Shown in pieces: positions 15,221 to 26,875 of a stretch of 64,000 nucleotides of DNA (position 1 is its first letter; every line of letters starts with the position of its first letter). The translations under genes and the position numbers were made by a program. The DNA is from Lophium mytilinum (lineage: Eukaryota): positions 2,031,195 to 2,095,194 of the forward strand of contig MU004182.1 of assembly GCA_010093605.1 (NCBI GenBank), given 5' to 3'. A model generated the notes under the pieces. That model did no database searches. It saw nothing but the letters and a program-made list of their open reading frames with translations, and was not told the origin of the DNA.

Positions 15221-16309
15221 ATGCCGACTGACACAGATTCCGAACCGTCCCTCTCCGCCGCCCGCCCCCATCCCTCGAAGTCCTCCTCCTACTTCACCTA
15301 CCCTGTAACATACGCCGTGTCTGGCCTCCTTCGCCGTTTGTCGACCGAGCCGCATAACTCCAGGGAGAATTCCTCTGGAACGCCCAGTCTAAGCCAGAGC
15401 GTGGACAGTATGAACGGCGTCTACACTCCCCCGCGGCGGCACGCGTCGCCATTCCAGCCTCCTCCACTCACCCCGCTTACCCTGAAGGGCTACAAATCCA
15501 ACACGACACAGTCGTCGAAATTACTATCCAAAGCTCTAGCAGAGGAGATCAGGCTTCTAGTACCACCGCGATTACAACTAGTGGACGACTGGAGCCTGAT
15601 ATACAGCTTGGAGCAAGATGGCGTGAGCTTAGCAACACTATACGAAAAGTGTGACGAGTATAGAGGAAAGAGAGGCGGCTTTGTGTTAGTTGTTCAGGAC
15701 GGAGACGGCGGGGTGAGCCATACCCAATCTATCCTCAAATGCTACTGGATTACTATGGCGTGAGACTGACAATGACAGACATTCGGAGCATATCTCAACG
15801 AATCCCCCCATCCATCACCACACTTCTTCGGCACCGGGGAATGCTTTCTATGGCGCGCCCATATCCTCGCATCTATCCCGACTCTATCATCTCTACCGCC
15901 TCCTCCCAGCGCCGATACCACCAATGCACAGCGAATGACTACAATTGCGCATCCGAAACCTGCGAGCTCGCTGAGCCCTCATTCTTCTCTCCAAGGAAGC
16001 AGTAGGAGTGGCACAAGTACACCAGAGAGGATACGGTTCAAGGCGTTCCCATACAGCGGGGTGAATGACTATTTGATATTCTGCGAGCAAGGCTTCTTTA
16101 GTATTGGTGGAGGGTAAGCCATTTTCCATACACCGAGGTAGTTCGGAATGCTGATAATGAGTAGTGACGGTCACTATGGCCTGTGGCTGAACGATAATCT
16201 TGAGAAGGGCGTGTCCAGCTCTTGCCCTACTTTTGGGAACGAACCATTGAGCGACGAGGGCTCCAAATTTGAGGTAATGGGTGTTGAGCTCTGGTATATT
16301 GGAGCGTAA
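15221..16309 (+). CDS. OXR1: Oxidation resistance protein 1 (TLDc domain)
   Basis: [58 protein letters not shown]; two introns. Confidence 0.93.
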
Positions 16310-17659
16310 TATTCCCATTTTGCTATTTCTTTGGGTACGCATTGGAAAATGTCACATGACGAAACACACAATCCCATATCGGATCCAGGCGCCCGCTGGA
16401 TAGGACTACATGTGGAGGACGGCGCAAAATGATATCCCCGAACGTTAGAAACAACTCAATTTTCTTTTCGAATGCTCGTTGTGATCCGCGCTGGACGCAT
16501 CGGAGATCTTGTACACGGTTCGTGTAAGCCTGTCTCTTATACCGACACGCCCTTAAGTCCTCAAATGCGCACTTCAACGTTCTTCTCATGTTCTTCGTCC
16601 TTGTGGTATGCTTACTGGAATGCCTGTGCCTCCGGCGCATTGGACCAGCAGCCGGAAGCTCTGTTCTCTTCTCCTTGATCACTCGTCGCCCTCCCTATTA
16701 GCCACATCGCCGGACCAACACCCCCGAGAATCTCGTGCAACACCATAGGTAGGGCCAACACCACAAGTAGGATGTATGCTTCCTGAGTTCAGCTACTTCT
16801 CGTTTTGTGCGATCCAGCGTTCTTGATTATGCTTCAGATTGTACTGAGACATGTCATACCGACATGTTTAGACCCTAGGGCTACCTATTTTTCTTTGCTA
16901 ATGCATGTTTACGACTTGGTGAGGTGGTGAAGGGTTGAAATGGCTGCTGATGGGATGGTTGGCGTTATCGAAGACCAAATCATCAAGGTGAAACGAGGCA
17001 AAGTTTTAGGGTTGAGATGGGGCGTCATAATTGAGTTGTGACTAGACAGGATCATCGAGGTGAAATGAAAAAAACGATTGAGGCAACATCATCGAGGTTG
17101 CGTTCGACGGATTCATCGACGTGAGATGGAAAACATCACCAAGCTCCATAAGTAAGAGTTCATATTTCGTGAAATTCTGCACTCTCCGAACTAATCGAAC
17201 AGCAGCTCAGTTAGTTCGGCGCGACCAATCCCCCCTCCCCCTCCAAACAAGGATTTTGAGTTCAAATCCAGCCCTTGTCAAGATCATGGCTGTTTCCCGA
17301 AGATTCGCCCGAAAGGCTGCGCAGCGCGGAAACATAAGTCCATTGGAGAAACGCCCGGGTTTCTGCACTCTCCCTCGAGGAGAGTGGTGTTTTGCTCCCT
17401 TTTTACACTTTTGATCGGTACTTCTCTTGCTCTGCGTCAACGACAGCATCGCTGACATTGTTTTTGCCGTCTTGTGGCATTCTAGACGAGCGAGTTACCG
17501 CAATCCAGTCGTCTAAACAGCCTCACGCAACTCGACATCTTCCTCGAGAGGAATGGACAAGGGAAGTCGCCCCAGAGACATTTCTTTCATAAGTACGAGC
17601 ATACACTTAAATGCCTCACGACTCTATTCCCGGTCTAACCAGCTACCTAGAACCCCCCC

Positions 17660-18646
17660 TCAAGTCTTCAACTCCACAATATCCGTCGCCCCCATAACCG
17701 CCTTCATCGCCTCATCACAAAACGGCGGCGCATCCCTATAATAATGCCTAACCCCACTCACCTCGACCGCCTTCCCCCAAATCCTCCCCTCGACCTCAAC
17801 CTGCCCATCCACCCCATCCACCAGCATAACCACCGTCTCCGCAATCTTCTCCACCGGCGTGAAGTACGCATCCGGGAAATTCGCCCACTCCTTCGCGTCC
17901 AGCAGATTCGTCCGCACGACCCCCGGACACACCGCGTTCACGCGGATTCCCTCTTGCAGGAAGAAGTGCCGCGCGATGCTGCGCATGAAGCCGACGACGC
18001 CGTGCTTCGTCGCTGTGTAGATGGGCGAGTAGTAGGAGGGGTAGAGGCCGCCGCACGACGCGGTCATGACGATAGTCTTATCTGCCTTTTCCCCCGGGCT
18101 TTTGCGGAAGTAGTGCAGCGCGAGGTAGGCGGTCGTGATCACGCTTTTCAGGTCGATGTCGACGATTGGGTCGAGCCCCGTGACTGGGGGCGGTGGTCCT
18201 TCAACGTCGTGCACGGCGTAGAAATTGGCGTGCTCGGCGATCCCAGCGTTTGCGAAGACGAAGTCGAGGCGCTTGTGCGTCGTGTAGATCTCGTGAAAGA
18301 CCGAGGCGAGGGAGTCGTAGGAGGAGACGTTGGCGTGGTGGAACGAGGAAGCGGCGCCAAGGGTGGCCAGGGCGTCGCGCTCCTGGAGGTCGACGATGGC
18401 GACGTGCCAGTCGGGGCGTTTGGCGAGAGTCTGGGCGACGGCGAGGCCCATGCCAGAGGCTGTGGTGGGGTCGGGTTAGATGAGATGATGTTTTGAGGTC
18501 TTTCTTTTAGTTGAGGAAAGGAATAGGTTCTTGCTAGAGAATTGACTTGAAGAACACTGTTGACATAGCATCGAATATGGTTTGATATATAGAGAGCACG
18601 ACGTACCTCCACCAGTGATTATGGCTACCTTTGGAGATTCTGCCAT
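17660..18646 (-). CDS. Short-chain dehydrogenase/reductase (15-hydroxyprostaglandin dehydrogenase-like)
   Basis: Exon 1 MAESPKVAIITGG spliced to ASGMG; FANAG; YTATKHG (YxxxK); IRVNAVCPG. Confidence 0.92.
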
Positions 18647-19024
18647 TCTGAAGAGTCTGTGATCGACGATTAATGAAGGCTGTGAGTGTTTCAAGCGCCA
18701 AGAAATATCGAAGCCAACGCTCTTATCTAGAGAACTAATTGCGTCAACCCGCAATCCCCGGGAACTTGTAGTTAAAATAGAAGTTCGGCCTTCTGCATAG
18801 CTCCCGGCCTTGCATTGTGGGGAAAACTCACCCCGGATTCTCTCCGCATTGGTCGGAAAAGGTGAACCGTCTCCAGAGTTGAGGAGCCAACAAGCCCTAA
18901 TTGGGGGGAGCCCAAAACCTACGGAAACACTCGGGGAGAACTGATTGCTTGATTCATTTGCATTGATTGGTACTTTTATAATACATGTGTGAATGTGAAG
19001 AGCTGGTACTGCACTTTCACCGTT

Positions 19025-20838
19025 TCAGCTCTGAAAACTCAACTCTAACTCCCGCGCCTCTATCCTCAAGTTCCAAGCATCTGCCTGTAGTTTCTTCGCT
19101 TCTGCTTCCAAGGCCGCTGCTTGCCCTTGCAACTTCATTACCTCCAGCATAGCTTGCGCGTCTGATGTGCGCGGTATGGGAGCGGAGACCAGAGTTGGCC
19201 GTGCATCCACGGGGCGAGAAGGAGCTTGGGCAGCTTGGTTTAGAAGTTGAGCCGCTTCTTTTGCTGCTTGAGAAGGGTCCTTCGGTTCTAGGGGCAGACT
19301 CTTTCGTATTTGAGGTCCATCATTAGGGGTCTCTTTTGGAGCTTTGGATGCATCCTGTCGTGGCCGGCCACGCCCCCGTTTAGGATCTATCGCGCTGTCT
19401 AGCGACGCTCTCGAGTGGTTTCGAGTCCTTGTATTTATGTTGCTAGCTATAGTAGCTACATCGGGCTGAAGCGCTGGTTGGACTTTCAAGTGTATTTTGT
19501 TGAAATGAGTCCTCTGTATGGGTTGTTAGGGATGAAGTCGTTGCGGGGCTGAAGGCTTGTTACTCACCATGTTATCGATCCTAGCAAAGACTTTATCACA
19601 GTCGGGCCATGTGCAATTGATACTCGGATTGTGCGTAGCTTCGTGACTGTGCCGTGCTGTCTTACTGGAGAACATGCGGCCACCCTTGGCTTTAGACCTG
19701 GGACATCCCTCGTAGCTGCAATAGAACTCAGATGATGGGTCGTTCTCGTTCGGCGATACCTCCGTGGGACTCTTAGCCGCGCCTCCAGTTGTGGCCTCGT
19801 TCGAATCTTGGTCTTCGTCAACATCAGAGTTATTGGTGGCCGCGTCGTTGGTTGCAATATCGACATCAGTTTCGGCCGTTCCGTCTTGCCCGCCTTTTAA
19901 GTGTATCCGCTTGACGTGGGCTCGCTACCGATATGTTAGTAGACAGAGGCTATGACAGGCAGCCGTTGAAGGTTACTGACCATAGAAACGACCTGACTGA
20001 AGACTCTGTCGCAGCCTCCCCATACGCAAAAAACATTAGGGTTATGAACACCTTGATGTCTCTCCAAGTGGGACCTAATAGTAAACCCGCCACCTACTTC
20101 TTCCGACTGCGGACAGTCCTTGTAAGAGCAGAAAAATTTTCGCGTATCCTTTTTCGCGCTCCGTGTTGGCGCATAAAGGCTCTCGCTCGGTATTTCGTCT
20201 GTCCATTCTTCGGCATGGCTGGACCCGACGGATCGCCGCAATGGGTACGGGCCTTTCTTTGGAGTAGGCAGCATTGACAGCTCATCCTCCTCGGAGCCCT
20301 CGAGGTCCTCGTCCACAGGCACAATTCCTGTGCGATTTACAGGTAGCACTTCGTTACTGTCCACCACGTCGTAATCTTTCAGGTCGTATAATGCCTTGTC
20401 GAATGTTGCTTCCTGGATTTTTCTAGTATCAGTGGCAGCTCTTCCATTGGAAATCACGCTGTAAAGAAATCCTTGTAGGAAATATAGGAGCATTGTCGAA
20501 TGAACTGACCTTGCTATTATCATGCTCGCCACCGAACGTCAGATCGCTGATTCTCAGCCTCTTGGTCGGTCTCCCGGTATCCTATCCGTATATTAGCCGG
20601 AATCTCACCATTTGTAGAGTTATTGAGGACGTACCTGATGATTTACAGGCACAATAAACTCGTCTACTTCTACACTCGGCTGGGGCACATCCTCCTGGGG
20701 AACAGCATTCCCCTTTTGCTTGACAGCCGTCTCCTTCTTCTTCTTCCGTCCAGAGCCCTGCGGCTTTCGTCCAGATCCCGGCCGTTTGCCACCTCTCTTC
20801 GATACAGGCGTGTAGCCTTGCGTGAACGGAGGCCCCAT
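19025..20838 (-). CDS. C2H2 zinc-finger protein with two tandem two-finger modules and AT-hook motifs
   Basis: FFCSYKDC..HLERHQGVHNPNVFCVWGGCDRVFS..M|RAHVKRIH and FYCSYEGC..HEATHNPSINCTWPDCDKVFARIDNM|RTHFNKIH; introns 19925-19980 and 19514-19567; KRGRGRPR; 5' exon structure less certain. Confidence 0.8.
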
Positions 20839-21327
20839 GGTTAGTCTTTTGCGAGGCGTGTTTCCGGGTCGCAAGAACGGATTTGAGCAAAAAGACCAAT
20901 GGGCAGAGAAATGGAAGAGAAGAAGGTGATGTGTTCACTGGAGGAAAGAAAAGCACTTGAATCGCGTTGTTGTGTGAATGGAAGTGGTTGAAGTGGTGTA
21001 GACAAACAGGAAATCCACCTAGTGTTATTGGTGGCAGGAGCAACCAGCCACCTCGCGAGAAGCCACTTAAATCGCACACAGCAGCTAGCCAGAGGTTTAT
21101 ATGGACAGGAAGCACTTTGCTGTGCCCATTCGTTGAAGAAAATTGACGAGACGGAATTGCACTTGGAGGACTGGTGTTGGGATGGAAATAGATACATTGC
21201 CGCATGGAGTAAAAACGCGTACTAAGCCGGTTCAAGCTAGACTAGAATCGAACCTCATCATTCCAATAACCTCACTTCATCAGCTTCCTTCAACTCCACC
21301 ACTCCATCCTGCTCCGATAGCCTCCAA

Positions 21328-21702
21328 ATGGCCACTGATCCACGCCCTCCCGCCTACCAAAGCCGTCCTCCCTCCGAATCCAACTCAACCATTATACCCA
21401 TCGAGGTGCCCATAAATGAATTACCACCTTCATACGCCGACGCGACCCAGTCCGAGACAGCCCCTCTCCTCTCTGGCCCTCCTCCCACGTATGGCACCCA
21501 CGAGCGCGTGTACCCATCCCCTCCCGCTTCGGTGCACAGTTCAGCCACGAGTAGCGCGCACGAAGCGGGTATTCGGAGCTTGCCCGAATGGGTAGGGCAG
21601 GCACTTGTGGTGCTCTGCTTTCTGGGCATACTGTATGCGTTCTGGCGGGTGATCGAGGAAGAGGGAGAGGAGCCGTTTACGACTGAGAGGTGGAAGGGAT
21701 GA
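21328..21702 (+). CDS. Small single-pass membrane protein with three PPxY motifs
   Basis: PPAY, PPSY, PPTY; hydrophobic segment ALVVLCFLGILYAFW near C-terminus; good start context. Confidence 0.7.
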   Translation: MATDPRPPAYQSRPPSESNSTIIPIEVPINELPPSYADATQSETAPLLSGPPPTYGTHERVYPSPPASVHSSATSSAHEAGIRSLPEWVGQALVVLCFLGILYAFWRVIEEEGEEPFTTERWKG

Positions 21703-24700
21703 CGGGACATGACGGGGTCAGACACCTCAAATCTCTCTATACCCTTCACCGTCTGGGCTGAGAGGCCAGACATTGCCGGTCCTCTTCTCGACAAGATTGT
21801 CAACACCTATGCTCCGCCAGCATCGCGACTGGTGTTTCTTACCTTGTCCTTCTTATGACGGGGTGGGTTGGACTCGAAGCTTTCTAGGGTATTTGATAAG
21901 TGCGCATTCTGGACGCAACGTACCTCGGAGGCTTTCGAAACGATCTAAAGCATTGATGTTGCGATATAAGCCTCAAGAAGAGCAGGGAGCGTGGTAATTG
22001 CGCGCCGGATAGCGTGAAAGGCCAAATATAGGAAATAGCTCCTTCTTAATGCCGTAGACGGATTCTGGCAACTGAGTGGGAGACATCACAGTTCAGGGCG
22101 TGCTTTTTAGCGGACTGGAGGTTGATTGTCGAGGGTCGCTGGTGCTTTGGCCTGTGTTTGGTTGATCCAGCTGGTCTCCGATCATGCTTGATTTGAGCCT
22201 CGAGAGGTGGTCGAATCTCGACGGGCGCGCACCTGTCTGGCCGACCCAAGGTTTCATTGCCTCTCCCAGGGTTGGGGCCTTTGGGCTTTAACATGAGTGT
22301 CAGCACGTTCCATTCAACTTGTGATACTGCTGCGATCGAACTTGGCAACTTCGGGAAACAGCCCTCTCTTTCATCCAGCCCAATTTAGTCGCAAGTCTCC
22401 CAGCAATCCGATGGCGAATCTCACGCGGAAGGAGTGATGTTGAGGGCCCTGTAGAATTGAAGTGGTTGCAGTCGCGAACTCGGGACCCCTTATGTTGACA
22501 AGAGCGCTTTATCGGAGCATCCAGCCATTGCCGCACGCGGTTGGAATTATACGAGTGGTTGCTTCGGCTAGTTGGGAACGAAACATCGAGCTGAAGAGCT
22601 TTGCGATCTATGTCTCTAAGCTTCTACTCCTTACCGCACTTCACAGAAATCGTTCACCCATTCCGTGTGAAACACTCAAAGCCTTCCTATTTACCCCATC
22701 AGACGTCATTCGAAACATTCAATGTGGTTTGCACCGTTCTTGTGTCCTACCTATGTGTGAGGTCCGCCAGCTGGTCAACATCTTTGAGGTCGAATGCTCG
22801 AGGCACTGGTCTGGGCAATAAATCACGTGACATCAAACCTGCCTGCCAGACGGCAGGGCCGGGATTTGGGAAGAAGAGAATTGAAAACGAGCCAGGAAGA
22901 AGAGACATTTGTCTCTTTGCCAAAACATGGTTCGCCCCCACATTGAACGTGGATCAAAGTAAGCGGCGCTAGCTTATACACTGCCACGACCCAGCCTAAG
23001 ACCCGGCCTACGACCCGGTCTATAACCTACTGCGCCACTATATTGACACAACCGGGACGATGCGCGAGGGCACACGAGACAAGATCTACAGAAGGACATT
23101 CACGACGAGGTCCAACACCATTCACTGCTAACGAGGATGATTACAAATTGTAGAATGAGTTCGTATACTTCGCCTTGCTATTCACTCAAGCCATTGCACG
23201 GTGCGAGGCTGATGCTTATAATAGAACAGATATGCTTGGTTGGGGCTACGGCTGCGGGGTGCCTTTACCGTTATGGCACAGGATTCAAGTGGAAGTAGAG
23301 GCGCTGGCTACTTTTCTTGGAAGGCTCTAAAACGTGGCTGTTCGGGCACAAGAGATTTGGAACCTAGGGCTGTGCTACCCCCTCCGCATTCTAGCCCCAA
23401 GAACAGGGTTTCTCCGGCTTCAGGTTTCTTGGACTAGACTTTCACACCTTCCACGGGAGCAGCGTTGTTGCACATGGAGAGAGTCTCACTGCGCCATCAG
23501 GCATGCCAGCAAAGTCTATTCGCTCTGCAGCCGAGATCCTTCGATCTACAGGCTCAACGTGGAGCGTTGAATGCTCAGAATAGCTGGCCAATAGCGAGGC
23601 GCGCAAAATCGCTAGCAGCGACGATTTGTGTCATCCTGCGGTCTTTAGCTGGGGACAGAGCCTCGACGAGCGGCTCCGGAGGCCTGATTTTGCTTTAGCA
23701 GAGCCTAACCGTTTCGATTCAAGACTGGGAAGAGGTTACCGAGCAGAGATTAGGGAACGTGCGGGTGCGGGAGAGCGGGATGAGGGCGACACTAAGGCTG
23801 GGTTGGGTTGGCCAGGCTGGTAATAGATTTGGGGGGCCTAAACTGTGCGAGTCAGGATGGGATCAAATGAGGTGGCTGTGAATTAATGGCCTTTGTGTTT
23901 CACTGGATAACGAATAAGGATTTTAGCCCTAGAAACTACAGCACAGTCCATCTATACGCACAATCATTACTCGATTATAGGTAGACATATGCTGGGTGTA
24001 GGTTGAAAAGATCCGAGCGCCTTTGGTGTCGGGAACGATCAGACCTCGAAATGAACGATGAAATGTCCTTGAAGGCGGGCTTCGTGTAACTCAGATGTCT
24101 AGGCTACGAGTATAGTCCAAAAAGGTCTCACGATCACGTCGTTATGGGTTGGCCCTACAAAGTAAGTGCATGTGGCCAATCACAGCGAGGCGATCGAGCT
24201 CCACTTCTGCTCCTCCTAGGGACACTTGGAGATCCCCATTACCAAATCCTCCCCATCATAGACGCAGACGTCCATCCTCTCGCAGCCAACGACATCTTCT
24301 GGAGACACTTCAGACAAGCTATTCTGGAGCACGCCACGACCTCGCCCTGCTTATAGTCCATAGGCGGTGCAGCCACAGGGCTAAGCGCCTCTCGCGTCAG
24401 AGATAACACGTTTTAGAGTGGGAACCGGCAACAACAACAACAAGAGCAACAGCCCCAGTGTCTGCTGGCAGCCTAGGAGCCAAGCATTGCCCCAAAACAG
24501 ACAAGGCTGATGGGACCATGGGAGGCCATTCTCGAGGTCGGCTTCCTTTACCCAATGCACGAGTCGAGCCGCTAGGAAGCTACTGCGTCACATCCGGCGC
24601 AGGGCGAGTATGACACAGGCTGTGATCTTAACTCAGAAACCAAAGCCCTGCATAGGGCTAAGGAATTTAGGTGGTAACGAGCACATGGGAATGCTCACCT

Positions 24701-26029
24701 TCACAGCACAGGATGCTGCTTACGTCAGATCTTAAAGTCGTTCTCGCTGGGATGGCATCGCCTTCGAGAGCACACTCGATCGGCTGCCAGGGCGCAGAAC
24801 TAGCCCACTTCAGTACGATGGGACTCAAGGAGCAGCCGAATCCCTAATCCCGATACTTCCCTGCCCCCAACACGTGGAAACGGGAATCGCTCGTGGTGCT
24901 AGTCAAGAGTGCAAGTCAGCTTCACTGGCCAGCATGCGGCCCCTGGAGCATACCATTCTCAAGGGTGCAGCGTCGTTTGCTGGTATTCCCGCGTCAGTCC
25001 CGAAACCATCTTGGCTTTGTTTCTACAGCTCTTGGCTCTTTGCTGGCATGCCCATGTCAAATGAGTGGGATGCCAGTCTAGATTCTGGAAGAATCGACAC
25101 GCTGGTGTACCGACGAAAGGCATCTGGCGTTCTAGGATGAGGCGTGAGCTGCCCCTAGACTAGATGAAAGGATTCCCTCTGCACACGTTGCATCCATGTG
25201 GGAGTCGAACCCAATAACTATCCAATACGCCTATCAAGCTTCCAACACTAGGTAGCAGCTGACTGCTGAAGAAACCCCCCTACATACGCATCATGACGAC
25301 AGTGGTTTCAACAGCATTGTTTCAACATTGGACATGAAAGCATACGTATATGCGGAGGGCTCAAAAGAGGTCACAGATCAGGAGAGTCGTGGAGGAAGCG
25401 TGGGATCCTTCTGGTGACCTGTCCATTCCTGCAGTACTCTGCCACGGCAACATCATTTGCGTGAATTGTGCAATGCAACTTTTGAAGATCACTATCCGCA
25501 GTAAAGCTCGTCCGTTGCAGGTCCATGGGGGAGCATGGGCAGTATTCTGCAAACTGAGTACTCTTATTTCGGCGCCTATGTTCATCGATAGGTCCCCGGA
25601 ATCGCACCAATCACGTAGGTGCAGCTCTGCGAGACACCTAGGCCGCTCCGCCACTGCTCGCCACGTACGGAAGACTCTCTTCAGCCTTATAATTACAGCG
25701 GTCAGTGCACTGAGCTTATCACTGCACTAAACATATACCTTAGCACCACTCCTACCCGCGCCTTCATCTTATTTTAACATCAAAAGAGTCCGCCAGCCAC
25801 CTTGGGTATCTGCTTCCACCAGACCCACTTCAACATCACCCTGATCATCTACACACATACCCACTGTACTTCATCAACCCATCAAGACCATCAGCAGCAA
25901 CTCTACATTGCCTCTAATCTTGGTTCACATCCTCCAGACTGCTCTATACAAGACACCCTTCTTCCACCGTCGCGACAACGGTGCCGGAGCTATCTTCTTG
26001 CCATCCTCTTCTCCGTGATTTAATTCAGG

Positions 26030-26875
26030 ATGTCCAACTTCTTCTTCCCTGACGCAGATATGCCACTAATGAGCGAGCCCGATGGTTATGGCAACTACTA
26101 TACGACGAGCGTCGGCCAGTCGACACCGAGCATTATATACTCTCCACCTCTTCAACCAGCACAAAGTTTACCCATGGTTCAACCCCACCAAGCACAATAC
26201 TACCAGCAGCCCCAATATGCTCCAAATATGAGCTCCAGTTATCCTCCTCAATCATTGTGGGCTCCGCAACATTCGTCGACGCAGTCCGTCCCAATGTCAT
26301 ATTCGACGTATCCGCAACCAACTGGCACGCTCACTCCAACGAACTCCCTTTCGGTCGGGTCCTCGATGTACTCAAACCAGCATACTGGCCAAACACGGGC
26401 GTCACGGTCTCCATCAGCAGCGTCTCTCGGAAGTTACACCAGGGATGACGGCACACGAGCTACGTACTCGCGCTCTCTATCACCAAATGCCCCAGATCTC
26501 CGTGAATACGGCTACCTCAACAAAAACGGCACTTGGACCTGCGCGTACCCAGGCTGCACATCCCGAGCGGTCTTTACAAGAGGCTGCGACCTAAGAAAGC
26601 ACCACAAGCGGCACACGAAGTCATTTTTCTGCCGCCATGAGGGATGTCCGCAATCGACGGGTGGCGGGTTTTCGAGCAAGAAAGATCTCGCGAGACACGA
26701 AGCAAAGCACAACCCAGGTGTTATGTGCGAATGGAGCGGCTGCGATAGAGTCTTTAGTCGAGTCGACAACATGGTATGTTCAACCATTCTCTATAGTGAT
26801 CGCTTCTCTAACATTTGCCAGCGCGATCATGTCAAAAGGATACACCTGAAAGGCGCACAAACCCCCCCTCAGTAG
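26030..26875 (+). CDS. C2H2 zinc-finger transcription factor (three fingers, Q/P/S-rich N-terminus)
   Basis: WTCAYPGC..DLRKHHKRH, FFCRHEGC..DLARHEAKH, CEWSGCDRVFSRVDNM|RDHVKRIH; 48-nt intron 26774-26821. Confidence 0.9.
   Translation: MSNFFFPDADMPLMSEPDGYGNYYTTSVGQSTPSIIYSPPLQPAQSLPMVQPHQAQYYQQPQYAPNMSSSYPPQSLWAPQHSSTQSVPMSYSTYPQPTGTLTPTNSLSVGSSMYSNQHTGQTRASRSPSAASLGSYTRDDGTRATYSRSLSPNAPDLREYGYLNKNGTWTCAYPGCTSRAVFTRGCDLRKHHKRHTKSFFCRHEGCPQSTGGGFSSKKDLARHEAKHNPGVMCEWSGCDRVFSRVDNMVCSTILYSDRFSNICQRDHVKRIHLKGAQTPPQ

Noticed and set aside
17195..17280. tRNA-like A-box/B-box arrangement
   Set aside because: T-stem and acceptor stem do not pair; no cloverleaf can be drawn
22986..23021. 12-bp degenerate tandem repeat x3 (A.GACCCRGYCT)
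   Set aside because: Short minisatellite without spacers; not CRISPR-like and no functional clue
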